This document shows, one piece after another, positions 29,501 to 36,932 of a DNA stretch of 57,111 nt. The stretch covers positions 1-57,111 of the IMG/VR virus record IMGVR_UViG_3300038552_000393; one strand, 5' to 3'. The notes below the pieces were generated by a model. That model made no database searches. It saw only the letters and a program-made list of their open reading frames with translations, and was not told the DNA's origin. A program made the translations under genes and the position numbers. This DNA comes from a virus. Its lineage: Duplodnaviria; Caudoviricetes. Each line of letters starts with the position of its first letter. Positions within the stretch are counted from its first letter, which is position 1.

Positions 29501-32500
29501 TTCCGGCACGTCGGTCGGGGACACCATGTTCTGCACGATCTCCTCGATTTCTATCTGGTTCAACTCCCCTTGTTCCTTGAGCCTGGCCCGGTGCCGGAAG
29601 GCCGGCGCCGTCGCTTCCTTGATCTCCGTAAACAGCGTCTTTCGGTCGGCCTGGAACTTTTCCGCCGTCTCCTGCGGGTAGCAGTTGAGCAGATGCAGCA
29701 CCCTGGCCCTGAATAGGCTGTTCATAAGAAACCTCCTGTTTTTTATCAATCGTAGTACTTGCCGGCGCCGGCGTCAAGTCTTTCTTAGGGGCTTTTTTGC
29801 CGGTCAAAGTGGTAACGGCGGAGGGTTTTTCAGCGGTTTCGGTCGCTTCAAGTTGCGCTGCGGCGATCTCGTCGGCCGGCGACATCTCCTTAGCCATCTC
29901 CTCGACACCTGGAAAATAGCGCGCCCCTTCGTAAAACGACCGCAAGAACGGCTTGACCTTCTCTCCCAAGTCGGCAATCATCGCTTTGGCAAAATCGCCG
30001 AACTTCCGCGCCCCGGCCTCGACATGGTAGACGGCAAGCTCCGTGCCCCAGGCCAAAAGCTCGGGGTCGATGCCGGCCGAAAGCTGGTTGAGCTTGGCCC
30101 GCAGCTTGGCCCGCAACTCCTCCGCCCGCTCGCTGGTAACCAGCTTGTTCTTGGATCCATACTCCGCCGGTCTTTTTTTAGCCGCCTTGCCCGCAAGCGT
30201 CCGGACCCCGGCACCTTTGTTTTTTTCCTCCAACGCCGTTTGCGCCCAGACGTTATTCGAATACGCCTTCAACACGGCCGCCGGCACGTCCTTGCCGTCT
30301 GCCACGGCCCGCTTGACGTGCAGGGCATGGGCCGCCTGCCTAACAGATAGCTCATCGCTATCCTTGGCCCCGGACAGGTATTCAAGCTTGGTCATCTGCC
30401 AGGGCTCTTTTGGCGCCGGAACCTCGGCAGGTGTTTCAACCCGGGTTGAACCTGCTGGGCGTTCCGGCGCGGCTGTGACGGACGCAGTCTGAGAACCGGC
30501 TTCTTTTGCCTCGAACCCGGCCAGTTCTTCTTTTGTCAGATATTCGTTGCGCCCTTTGCTGCGCAACACCCCTGGCGAATCGGCAGGTTTCTTTGCGCCC
30601 CAGGGGGTGATACCGCGCGGCGCTTCGATGGCGATACCGTTTTCGATATAATACCGATGTCCATCTTCTTTTTCATAAACCTGAAATCCATCGCGGTTGA
30701 CACCGATCCGGCGCTCGGCGGGAGCGGCCGGGAGCTTTTCTTTCTTGACCAGCGGCTGAACGATAAATTCTACTCCGCCGGCCTTAATGGTCTGCGCAGG
30801 CACCAGGTTGTTTTTGGCGACAGGCTCACCGGCCGGAGCTGTTGCCGCTTCGGCCAATCGTCGGGTGATTTTTTTCAGCAAAAGACTCGGCTGCCGGGGA
30901 TCGGGCTCGATCAAATCCGCGATCCTCGCCTGCTGTTCGCCGGTCAAGCCGGCAACATAATCCCTATACTCCTGCAGGGCCTTTTCGCGCTTGGATGAAG
31001 GAGCCGCGGGCATGGGCTGGCCAAGCTTTATTTCATGCAGCTTACCGTCCTTGGCGCTTAACTGCACGCTGTCAAATGTGACTTCTCGCCCCTCAAGCGT
31101 TGCGTCTCCGACATATTTCTTACCTTCCCCTTTCTTCACATACGCGATGGTCACAGGCGGCTGGTAATCCTTGAACGTCTCGCCGGGCAAATCCACCGTT
31201 TCCCCAACCTTGCGGTTGGCCTTGCGAAGGTCGGCGCTGTCGATATCCGCCTTGACCACATCATGATCATCGGCTTCAAAAATACTGACCTTTCCGATCC
31301 TGGCCTTGATCGGCCCCAGGCCGGCAAAGGCCGGGGCGATTTCCTTGGGGTCCACCGTCTCCATGCCGTAGCGCACCGTGATATGCGGCTGCCTTTCGCG
31401 GCCATAAGAATCGTCGTCTTTGCGAGTATAGATTTCCTTGTCCGGGATCTTGCTGCCAAACGATACGACTTCCCGCGCAACATCGGACGGCAGGCTGACC
31501 TGAGTCGAACTGTAATCATGCTTGACTGCGGCGGCTGGCTTCTTGCCTGTCAAGGTCGCTACCGCCGATTTCGACACGGCTGCAACCGGACTTTTTAGCG
31601 TCCCTGCGGCATCCGCCGCACCCTGCGCGGCCGGGTTGCTTCTGCGGCCAGTCAACGAAGCCACTCCTTGCCCGCGCACCGGTGCTATCCGCTGACCACC
31701 TTGCAATTGCGGCCCGGGGCTGGATGGTTGAGGAAGGGCTTCGGAGGCCTGCTGTTGCGGTGAAATTGCGCCCGAAGGCGTCGCTGTGGCAGACGCCGGA
31801 CCGGGTTGAGAAGCTTGTTGAGGTTCCGTTCTCACCGGGGCCAGTCGCGGGCCTCCTTGCAATTGAGGCTCGGGAATAGCTGTGGCAGAAGAGGATTCGG
31901 CGGGTTGCACCGGTGGCGGACCGTCATTCGAAAGCTGCGCGGTACCGGCCGCCGGACCGGAAGCCTCGGCGGATACCGGCATTGTGCGCATCGGCGCCAC
32001 ACGAGGACCGCCTTGTAACGGCGCGGCACCGGCGGTCTGAGTGGTTTTTTCCTGCTCTTCGGCATTCTGTTCCTGGATCACCGAGGCCAACATCGCTTCG
32101 GCTTTCTTGCGCGCGGCGTCCTTGCGCGCGGCGTCCCGGTTGCGCGTGTCCGCCGGGCTGGCCGCCAGGGCCGTGGCCGAACCGGTTTCGTCCAGCGATT
32201 GCCCGGAAGAAGGCGGTGGCGTTGCAATGCCCATATCGCGGGAGGCAGCCGCGGCCGGGTCGATACCCGCGTCCGCTTGCCCGGGCTTGACCACGGCGCC
32301 GGCGCCGGCGCCCAGCACCCCGCCGATGATCCCGGACTCGAGTAGCCGGCCGATGTTATCTGAAAACGTCTGGTCGGGTTTATGCCCTATTTTTTCGGCC
32401 AGGATGTTGACCGCCTCCTGGGCCGTCTCGGTCGATCCCTCCACCACCGCCTGGCGCACGATGCGCTTTAGCAGCCGATCGGTGCCGGCCTTTTTCAGCA

Positions 32501-33248
32501 CCAGGTTGTCAAATGGCAACACCTCCAGAATGCCGTTGACGATGCCCACCGTCACCCCCTCGGCGGCGGCGATGGACTCGATCTCCTCGTCGGAGTAGCG
32601 CTTTTCGGCCTTCATTTCGTCTTTGGCCTGGCTGTAGGCGCTGCCGGCCTCGATAGTCGCGGCCCCGCCCCAGGCACCCGCCCGACCGGCCCAGGCGATG
32701 ACCTTTTCTCCGGCCCCCAAGGCCTTGGCCCCCTTCATGGCCCCGACGCCGGGCAACATCATGGCCGCCATGTTGGGCAGGTTTTCTCCGATGGCCCGGA
32801 TCCACCAGCGCAAATCGGCGAGCCGCTCGGGATGCTCCCATACCGTGCCCTCGCGCAAATCCGCGGGCCGGGCCATGAATCCCTCCTGCCGGGACTTGGT
32901 CATCAACTGTCGGGCGCTGGATACGGCATCGGTCAGCTTCGAATCCGGGGCGATTTGGTTGAGCCCCATCTCGGCCACGCCCGCGATGGATTCTTCCACC
33001 GCCAGGGCCCCGGAGGTCAGGGCGCTGGCCGCTTCCTTGATCAAGCCGCGCTCTGGGGGCAGGGGAGCCGGAAAATGCTGCTCGACGAAGTTGTTCCGCG
33101 CACCCTCCTGGATATCTGGCGGTTGACGGTAGTATTCGGCGTCGGTCAGGTTCTGCTTGAAATATTCCTCGACGGCCTGTTTGCGAACGGTTTCGGGAAG
33201 GGCGGTAAATTCCGGGTCTTTGAGCCACTTGGCAATGACGGGATTCAC
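20598..33248 (-). CDS. Giant polyvalent DarB-like protein (~4,216 aa): 2H phosphoesterase, N6-adenine MTase, SNF2 helicase, HExxH peptidase
   Basis: NAHYTS, VLEPAAGAGHF and TNVPFG (MTase); YGVGTGKT, DEVH, ATGTPISN and QRDGRIVRQGN (SF2/SNF2); HITVRYG (2H); THESVHFLE; GGAGG RBS before GTG at 33248. Confidence 0.9.
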   Translation of the reverse strand: MNPVIAKWLKDPEFTALPETVRKQAVEEYFKQNLTDAEYYRQPPDIQEGARNNFVEQHFPAPLPPERGLIKEAASALTSGALAVEESIAGVAEMGLNQIAPDSKLTDAVSSARQLMTKSRQEGFMARPADLREGTVWEHPERLADLRWWIRAIGENLPNMAAMMLPGVGAMKGAKALGAGEKVIAWAGRAGAWGGAATIEAGSAYSQAKDEMKAEKRYSDEEIESIAAAEGVTVGIVNGILEVLPFDNLVLKKAGTDRLLKRIVRQAVVEGSTETAQEAVNILAEKIGHKPDQTFSDNIGRLLESGIIGGVLGAGAGAVVKPGQADAGIDPAAAASRDMGIATPPPSSGQSLDETGSATALAASPADTRNRDAARKDAARKKAEAMLASVIQEQNAEEQEKTTQTAGAAPLQGGPRVAPMRTMPVSAEASGPAAGTAQLSNDGPPPVQPAESSSATAIPEPQLQGGPRLAPVRTEPQQASQPGPASATATPSGAISPQQQASEALPQPSSPGPQLQGGQRIAPVRGQGVASLTGRRSNPAAQGAADAAGTLKSPVAAVSKSAVATLTGKKPAAAVKHDYSSTQVSLPSDVAREVVSFGSKIPDKEIYTRKDDDSYGRERQPHITVRYGMETVDPKEIAPAFAGLGPIKARIGKVSIFEADDHDVVKADIDSADLRKANRKVGETVDLPGETFKDYQPPVTIAYVKKGEGKKYVGDATLEGREVTFDSVQLSAKDGKLHEIKLGQPMPAAPSSKREKALQEYRDYVAGLTGEQQARIADLIEPDPRQPSLLLKKITRRLAEAATAPAGEPVAKNNLVPAQTIKAGGVEFIVQPLVKKEKLPAAPAERRIGVNRDGFQVYEKEDGHRYYIENGIAIEAPRGITPWGAKKPADSPGVLRSKGRNEYLTKEELAGFEAKEAGSQTASVTAAPERPAGSTRVETPAEVPAPKEPWQMTKLEYLSGAKDSDELSVRQAAHALHVKRAVADGKDVPAAVLKAYSNNVWAQTALEEKNKGAGVRTLAGKAAKKRPAEYGSKNKLVTSERAEELRAKLRAKLNQLSAGIDPELLAWGTELAVYHVEAGARKFGDFAKAMIADLGEKVKPFLRSFYEGARYFPGVEEMAKEMSPADEIAAAQLEATETAEKPSAVTTLTGKKAPKKDLTPAPASTTIDKKQEVSYEQPIQGQGAASAQLLPAGDGGKVPGRPKDAVYGDQGSDGAGLPAPGQAQGTRGVEPDRNRGDRAEHGVPDRRAGSRSHRRRPAAPDLGVGPEPAGSKRELAPPDRNHVIAPDDVIVPPGVEGKIKANIDAIQLLKLLQQEDRNPAPDEKKVLARYTGWGAFAQKVFNRDFTRYLKRDAHISPDNYFYADRGKAYLAWKEKYGQKLHPAPGGLLTPEEWDSAERSTINAHYTSREVIDAMWAMARRLGFAGGTVLEPAAGAGHFFGLMPDDLSAKSSLFGVEMDSISGGILKKLYPQANIQISPFEKSKGILDNSIDLAITNVPFGDIKVSDKRHPEYDGWKLHNYFLARSLSAVKPGGMMIAITSNWSLDAKAAGPARGYLAGQADLIGALRLPNTAFASNAGTEVVTDILILRKKDSTATSGGEDFRTTLHLEGPAAEEAYQRMEAARAALNEIEARKPAKDAGKNSKARYNEERDKAKGELDKAVDEIRRLHPVNEYFHRHPEMVLGKHAMSGSMYGSDTYTVEPTGKLSEQLAAAIETLPENIAGEGTSLAGIEKVEIAELSAKEGTLTIKDGQVRLIENGRLIHPQYANSKGEMQKVSPAQMQRVKAYLDIRDLTVRLFAAMNAESATDDEIAGLQRDLNDRYDAFVAKYGRFNGNTANSFLRKLDNDFAVVDALEVEAPGDGEAIRYEKAPVFETRTIYPFVEPDTASGIEDAASLSIIYRGELSPYYIADLLGETDFEKIKKDLVEKGLGFINPATGLIEPRDLYLSGNVKKKLARARLAAEDDPSFTANVQALEKVIPPDLDIEFITFRLGSSWVLPGAVEDFMQDVLEVTAEVSRRNTETGAGWSLKVKGGQYGVKSRETFGDRNYRADELVEMSLNLHHPRVMKTDANKHTYEDKDASKEAELKRKELNEEFVRWAKTHPKWGKELARVYNEEKNGTILRRHSEPAIDYYPGAARGIKLRSLQKIAVSRALQESVLLAYGVGTGKTIILITTAMEMRRIGTARKPVIVVHNQTIDQYRNTFKLLYPSARVLIPDMDQRSSKMRKKTLVSMATGNWDAIVLPQSFFDGIANDPGRERAFVDEQLAAIEDAIEDAKAGEGGDSFTVKDLVKLMERKRQKLEALLDRRKDEVLTFEEMGIDAILIDEVHSYKRSEFYTRLNKVKGIDNGSSQRSTGLILKAEFVRQKTGGKNVITATGTPISNTLAELWTMLRYVRPDLLKEYGVAQFDSFATDFGDVVEDTEETASGFREVERFAKYINGPELLSMFFSGADVRLTRDANLALPKIAGGKPTIVVNEKSPELTAFVKGIIEQWRAWEKLPGREKRKQRHVPLTLYNQAKKAAVDLRLIDPDYYPDEPTSKTNAAAKKIHEIWERTKSARSTQIVFLDLIKDDAKRPKFNLHQNLKQKLVALGIPEKEVLLFSETGTNEKLQARMKEQIRKGEARVIVGTTAKLGIGVDIAKKLKAAHHMNVPDRPMDIEQRDGRIVRQGNENEEVEIYHYCTKDTLDSVMFQRLMRKQKGADQVLTGDISGRDFDDPFSVEQATFGEFAAAASGKAGKLLFEKTDLLHKQHKYQIAEQSHVRRVSAARRQAAELPEKIERLAAEKNTATGVADYIETHFAGHKVVELTIDGETLPRKEAFARLAGKIEAIVAGWRAQFVGKPMGDFKKGAPSGMHGPELVEAIDFAMGDFAVKLAFSARTNYDRGAKPSTPLAFYTVEKDDGTVQERPLQNAFFVVSHKGRRLDSRQVSANTLPGALSRPFNEFLEAAADRPRYLQGRMDEAQKELAEFSAIAKEKFRYGDELKQIRRRIAAINRELTQLDEGGQGEPGDEVTPARVKPEESPQFAISRPGEVRSGEVTLSDVQAAFPGQAVGVSVNDPDVIWVRLANGRGIEIRKVDKIDPNRVAVNLGYGAMADDGVLVAGRYQDGTIELSRHLADRWILTHESVHFLEDAGLITPREVAALRQRIKQLSANGKWSALNKKDIGGPEDRAAWVAEQLKKRAAVSGIVGKTLQRIADLIDALANLVRRSVSARSVVRGIESGSLFSRPADGSESALRDSMPQYALVAAQPSGPAVTAELEKDRSFANKLFEMADQARQNVSVMTAKLQEQVQTLAGPASRKRIHLGIGYRPKIKESMQSRLLDQALFFYRDAGGDMSKIDGFKKTAALQLEDKEISGARRVYLQGVVKALDLASQLTDEQKAFADRMGEHFEAAYDLARDHKVVQSHVDNYVRRIYRKRPGEDGVNVMSGWSGPGHGFKTAHGAARPRTYETALDAIADGYELAVSGITNSYHEYMKELVTVLANRAFIQRGAGTKDASGRSLFTTNTSRVPGYENYRELKAEGFAVWQLAGAAEAVDMTGLGGVLETNSWGKKVFLAPPEQVPETWAVFADATATRAARVFTDERQAKTFADEQGYARIEHRPATEVSKLFQKQKLYAPASLAEMINKMTASDPLFANTPVLKLLSRFNSSIKGWVLMSSFFHHLAGARSWVFGVHHGWGRGKYVALSGDGDRVIGEFAGKDEARQAAGVDGIVLAPAKAAPFRAYKAGLDKVFDLHPLISLGVRQGLTLGEMQDWSDEILARDPGIAERIAAHFGWDKATDMIARGKFMRERWTNSLFKRYFAGLKAEAFCVEYVHELAKAQDLHHAGAAAPDPDLIAERVARLINEDFGGLHLKRMGRNPTLQILSRLMLLAPDWTESNFRMVTGMIPGLNEKISKAIGDVAPTPGMAPMYRKFMGRVILRIAVSTIIAQLLLNGKDDTEKHIDEQLRAGNWSKFRWTEIDISKLYRMLGIELDGERKTFSLGGHFFDPLKLLDPVKLIKGKASPFMRAMGAGFSGSDWADRPFTGAGELLTTGKTVKKSSHEPIESGFNRLPSVVVNQAINMQPIQVGQMLRFLQGEEDGLSALLHSAGIHVATAWQPKLATPIEAPAVAGKGFAEIERLQKGGILRMGPPSPNMTIGGVPHKMDKAQYREYLSRSSADAAARIETLAASGIYAKWDDATRARKIARIIENARARARKKVSRQLRATQR
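29423..29725 (-). CDS. Nested out-of-frame 100-aa ORF inside the giant gene
   Basis: AGGAGG RBS 6-7 nt before ATG at 29725; globular helical-looking sequence where the host frame is low-complexity. Confidence 0.6.
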   Translation of the reverse strand: MNSLFRARVLHLLNCYPQETAEKFQADRKTLFTEIKEATAPAFRHRARLKEQGELNQIEIEEIVQNMVSPTDVPEADPIDEDLQLQIWEWARNPPEANES

Positions 33249-33304
33249 GGGCAAACCTCCACTTGAACGTGTTTGGTTTTTTTTGTGGGAAAAAAAGCTG
33301 GCAG

Positions 33305-34828
33305 CTAATAGCCGCGCGGCGCGGGTGCCTGCCGCGATGTCACGGCCCCGCGGGCGGGCTGTGGCGTGCCCCCGGACAGCAGCCAATCGACAACGCCGGT
33401 ATCGCGCCACTTGCGAACCTCATCCGCTGTGGCCTGGCGCTGGCTGCCGTCGGGCATGACGATTATATACTGATTGCCTTTTTGCACCATCTGCGGGCCG
33501 GGCGGTTCTGCCGGGGCTTGGGCCGGGGCCGCCGTACCCGCTTTGGCAGTGGGCACGATACCGCCCTGGGATTCATTGCGGGCGATACCCACCTCGTTCT
33601 GCGGACTTGCGGCTGTCGGCGTATGGGCGGCCATCATCTGATCGCTGCCGGCGCCGAGATCGGGAACATAGCTGCGCCAGTCACCGGCCGATTTTGTGCC
33701 GGACGGCTGCGATTTCACACCTTGCGGCAGCGGTGCGCTTGGCCGCAGGCGACGGTAATAGGCCGTGGCATAATCTTCCTTCCACTGGCTTTCATCGACT
33801 GCGGAGGGGTCGATGGCGTCTTGCTTCAGATTTGATTCCCACGCTTTTTCTGCCGCCTCGATAGCCCCTTCCCAGGACTTGCGCTCGTCTCCGGACAGGG
33901 CCTGGACAGACTTCCAGTAGGCCACCGATCTGAATTCCAGGCCGCTTTGAACCTCTTTCTTTGTCTCCGGGTCGAAACCCTTGAGGGTTTTTCCCGTCTT
34001 GGGATCGATCCATGTCTGCCGAACGCTGTAATCTCCGCTGGCGTCTGGATCGGCGAATACCACGTAGAGCGCCTCCTTGCCGTCCGCCGTCCTCTGTCTC
34101 ATGGCCGGGTCGGTGGCTGCCGCGATCATCTGCTGGGTATTGAACTCCTTGATCTTCTGGCGTGTATCGATAAAGATCTTCCGCTGCTCCTTGGAAAACG
34201 GCACCGCAATCTGAAACAGCGCCTTTTCAAGCGGCGGCGCGGCCATCTCCTGTTCTTTCCCGTTGGCGTCGGTAAATACCAAAGAAGAGCGCGATTCGTC
34301 CTTAAAACGCATGTTCTTGCCGCCATCCGGCACGTGTTCGTAGACCGGCAAAAGCGCGTCATAGGCGCGCCGTTCCAAGTCCTGGCGGTCTTCCGGCGTC
34401 GTAGCCCGCTTGGACTTATAGTAATATACCTGGGCTTGTGAAATATGCTCGTTGACCTTCTTCTCGGCCTCCTCGGCAAGCTTCTGGTCGTTTGCCAACT
34501 TCTGCGACCGGTAGCCCTCGTCATCCTGGGCTTTTCGAAGAATAATGCCCTGGGCCGCCAGGTGGGACGCACCGTCGTAATCCGCTTCACCGGTATCTAT
34601 TTTTTCTCCGCGCAGACTGCGGTTGACGTAACCTTCGATCTTCTGGCGCTGCTGCACATCGCGGCGCCGCTCATCGATGATCTGACGGCGATCCTCCATC
34701 TGCAGCGCACGATCTTCCATGCGCTGGTCCCGCTCTTTCATATCCTGCTGCTGGTCGCGGATCCCGCGAAACGCTTGGGCGATGCCAAGCCCGTCTTCCA
34801 GCGAAAAACGCCCGGCTCGATCAGGCAT
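33305..34828 (-). CDS. Putative internal virion (ejection) protein
   Basis: Coiled-coil-rich 507-aa ORF in the ejection-gene position before the giant protein. Confidence 0.7.
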   Translation of the reverse strand: MPDRAGRFSLEDGLGIAQAFRGIRDQQQDMKERDQRMEDRALQMEDRRQIIDERRRDVQQRQKIEGYVNRSLRGEKIDTGEADYDGASHLAAQGIILRKAQDDEGYRSQKLANDQKLAEEAEKKVNEHISQAQVYYYKSKRATTPEDRQDLERRAYDALLPVYEHVPDGGKNMRFKDESRSSLVFTDANGKEQEMAAPPLEKALFQIAVPFSKEQRKIFIDTRQKIKEFNTQQMIAAATDPAMRQRTADGKEALYVVFADPDASGDYSVRQTWIDPKTGKTLKGFDPETKKEVQSGLEFRSVAYWKSVQALSGDERKSWEGAIEAAEKAWESNLKQDAIDPSAVDESQWKEDYATAYYRRLRPSAPLPQGVKSQPSGTKSAGDWRSYVPDLGAGSDQMMAAHTPTAASPQNEVGIARNESQGGIVPTAKAGTAAPAQAPAEPPGPQMVQKGNQYIIVMPDGSQRQATADEVRKWRDTGVVDWLLSGGTPQPARGAVTSRQAPAPRGY

Positions 34829-34855
34829 GAGTTAATCCTCCTCGTAACATATAGT

Positions 34856-35173
34856 CTAGTCCCCCAAATACATAGCCAGACCGCCAATAGCGCCGATGGC
34901 GGCCGACCACCAGCCGCCGGCCGGCGCGATACTAACGCCGGCGGCAGCCCCCCCGGCAGCCGCACCCAGGGCGCCGCCGGCGGTCTTTTCCGGGGCCGAA
35001 GTCTCCTGCTTGGAATTCGGATGGATCATGCCACGGGCCTGAACGGCCCGGTCGGCGTATTGGCCCGACATCTTCCGGCCGATGCCGATGTCCTGTTGCG
35101 GCACGATACCGGCTTCACCGCTGTACCGGGTCGGCATGCTAAGCCCGCGCTGACTGCTGTTATAAATTTCCAC
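34856..35173 (-). CDS. Small putative ejection protein with Gly/Ala hydrophobic C-terminus
   Basis: GGALGAAAGGAAAG...AIGAIGGL, a glycine-zipper-like segment. Confidence 0.65.
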   Translation of the reverse strand: MEIYNSSQRGLSMPTRYSGEAGIVPQQDIGIGRKMSGQYADRAVQARGMIHPNSKQETSAPEKTAGGALGAAAGGAAAGVSIAPAGGWWSAAIGAIGGLAMYLGD

Positions 35174-35182
35174 CTGTCCCTC

Positions 35183-36397
35183 CTAACTTGCGCCCACGGC
35201 AGACTGCAGACGCTTGAACATCTCCCCTTCGGCAATGGTGCGGGCCTGGGACCTGGCCCCGGCGATCCCCTTGGCCTTGGCCATCGCTTGCTCGTTTAAA
35301 GCCGCCGTGTAGGCGTCCCCGCCGGCCCTGGCCCCGGAAGCGAAAATCCCGCGTTCAAAATCCTTTTGCGCCAGACCGAAGGCGTGTTCCACATCGGCCT
35401 GGCCCTCGTTCATGCGCCGGTTGACATCGACCCCGGAAAGCGCCTGGGCATAGAATTCCTTTCTCACCGGCGCGCGCTCCTTCATCCCGGTCATGGTGTC
35501 GGCGATGGTGGCCGACTCCAATTCTCCGCGCTGCGGGATCAGGCCAAGCTCGGAGCGGATCTGCGCCGATTCCAACTGTCCTCGCTGGGGGATCAGCCCC
35601 ATCTCGGTACTGATCTGCCTCGATTCCAACTGATGGCGCTGGGGGATCAGCCCCATCTCGGAATCGATCATGGTCGATTCCAGCATGCCGCGCTTGGGGA
35701 CCAGGCCCCGCTCGGTTGTCAATTGGGTCGATTCCAGCGCCGCCCGTTGAGGCACCAACCCCAATTCGGAGTCGATCTGGGACAGGGAAAGCTGCGTTTG
35801 GCGCGGGATCAACTGTTGGTCGGCGGCGATCTGGCTTTTGGCCAAGGACGTTTGCAGCGGCAACAGTTCGGACTGGGAAGCGAGGTTTTGGCCGATCAGT
35901 TGCATCTCGCTGACCTGGGCATTGGGATCATACCCGTTGATATCGCCGATGGTGCGGGTCTCGATCGTGAGACTCGGATCGACGATATATTCCGGCCCGC
36001 CGCTGCTGGTTTTAACGCCCGTAGAGGATACTCCTATGGCGCCTAAACCGTAAGGATCGGAGTTCCCGCCCGATCGGGGCGGTCGGTAATCCGGGTTCTT
36101 GACCTTCGGCAGATCGGCCTCGTTGACCCATTGGCCGTTGACCATGGCCCCGCGTACGGATTCGTTGGGATTGTAAGTGACCCCGAATTCGGCAAAGTTG
36201 GCCCACTTTTGCGCGACGGCCCACTCCTGTTGCGAAAGGTTCAGCACGCCGGCGTTATATTTAGGATCGTAGCTATTGGTTACCGTGCTGCCGCCCTTGG
36301 CCAAGGCAACCGGCCCGCGGTATTCCCGGGCAACTTCGGCGAGCACCTCCCAGGTGCCCATGTCCATCACGATTTTATGGTAGACTTTCATCGTCAT
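35183..36397 (-). CDS. Putative ejection/pilot protein with 18-aa repeats
   Basis: N-terminal GPVALAKGG; repeats SE(L/M)GL(I/V)PQRxxLESxxI. Confidence 0.7.
   Translation of the reverse strand: MTMKVYHKIVMDMGTWEVLAEVAREYRGPVALAKGGSTVTNSYDPKYNAGVLNLSQQEWAVAQKWANFAEFGVTYNPNESVRGAMVNGQWVNEADLPKVKNPDYRPPRSGGNSDPYGLGAIGVSSTGVKTSSGGPEYIVDPSLTIETRTIGDINGYDPNAQVSEMQLIGQNLASQSELLPLQTSLAKSQIAADQQLIPRQTQLSLSQIDSELGLVPQRAALESTQLTTERGLVPKRGMLESTMIDSEMGLIPQRHQLESRQISTEMGLIPQRGQLESAQIRSELGLIPQRGELESATIADTMTGMKERAPVRKEFYAQALSGVDVNRRMNEGQADVEHAFGLAQKDFERGIFASGARAGGDAYTAALNEQAMAKAKGIAGARSQARTIAEGEMFKRLQSAVGAS
35514..35783. repeat. 54-bp degenerate tandem repeat, at least 5 copies
   Basis: Units begin GA(T/C)TCCA at 54-nt spacing. 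Confidence 0.85.
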
Positions 36398-36932
36398 CGC
36401 CCCTCCGCGTGTAAGAGATGATCGCGCCAGCCTCGCTGCGTTTTTCCGCCGCGTTCCAGATATATCCGGGGATCGTGCCGCACAGGACCCCGCCGCACGC
36501 CAGGGCGTATTCCAGCGCCCGGCGGTTGGCGGTTGGCACAATACCCCAGATCACATCCATCAAATACCCGTGCTCGTCCTTGAAATGAATCAGTTGATCG
36601 AGCACCTGTTTGCCGACGGGCACCGTCCATTCGCCCCAGATCGTCGCAAAAGTGCAAAAATGCAAGTGCGCCCGTCGGCCGGCGTAGCGGTTGAGCCACA
36701 CCACGGCCACGGCTTCGCCGTCCGATTCCACCGCGGCAAAGTAATCGGCCCCCCTGGCAATGCGAACAAAAGCGGCCACGTCCGGAACCTGCCCTTCGTA
36801 GTTGATCTCGGCTAATGTCCCGTCTCTTTGCATGCGCTCGTAAAAACCGACGAGCACCCGGTCCGGGCACAGTCTTTCGCCAAGGTAGGGAACCCCTTCG
36901 TACACGAAATAGCGCTTCAAATTGACGTTCAT
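36375..36932 (-). CDS. GNAT-like acetyltransferase
   Basis: AHLHFC...GIVPTANRRALEYALACG...GTIP; typical position before podovirus ejection genes. Confidence 0.65.
   Translation of the reverse strand: MNVNLKRYFVYEGVPYLGERLCPDRVLVGFYERMQRDGTLAEINYEGQVPDVAAFVRIARGADYFAAVESDGEAVAVVWLNRYAGRRAHLHFCTFATIWGEWTVPVGKQVLDQLIHFKDEHGYLMDVIWGIVPTANRRALEYALACGGVLCGTIPGYIWNAAEKRSEAGAIISYTRRGDDDESLP

Noticed and set aside
33249-33410. N-terminal extension of the giant ORF to 4,270 aa
   Set aside because: It overlaps the upstream gene, and a good GGAGG RBS precedes GTG at 33248.
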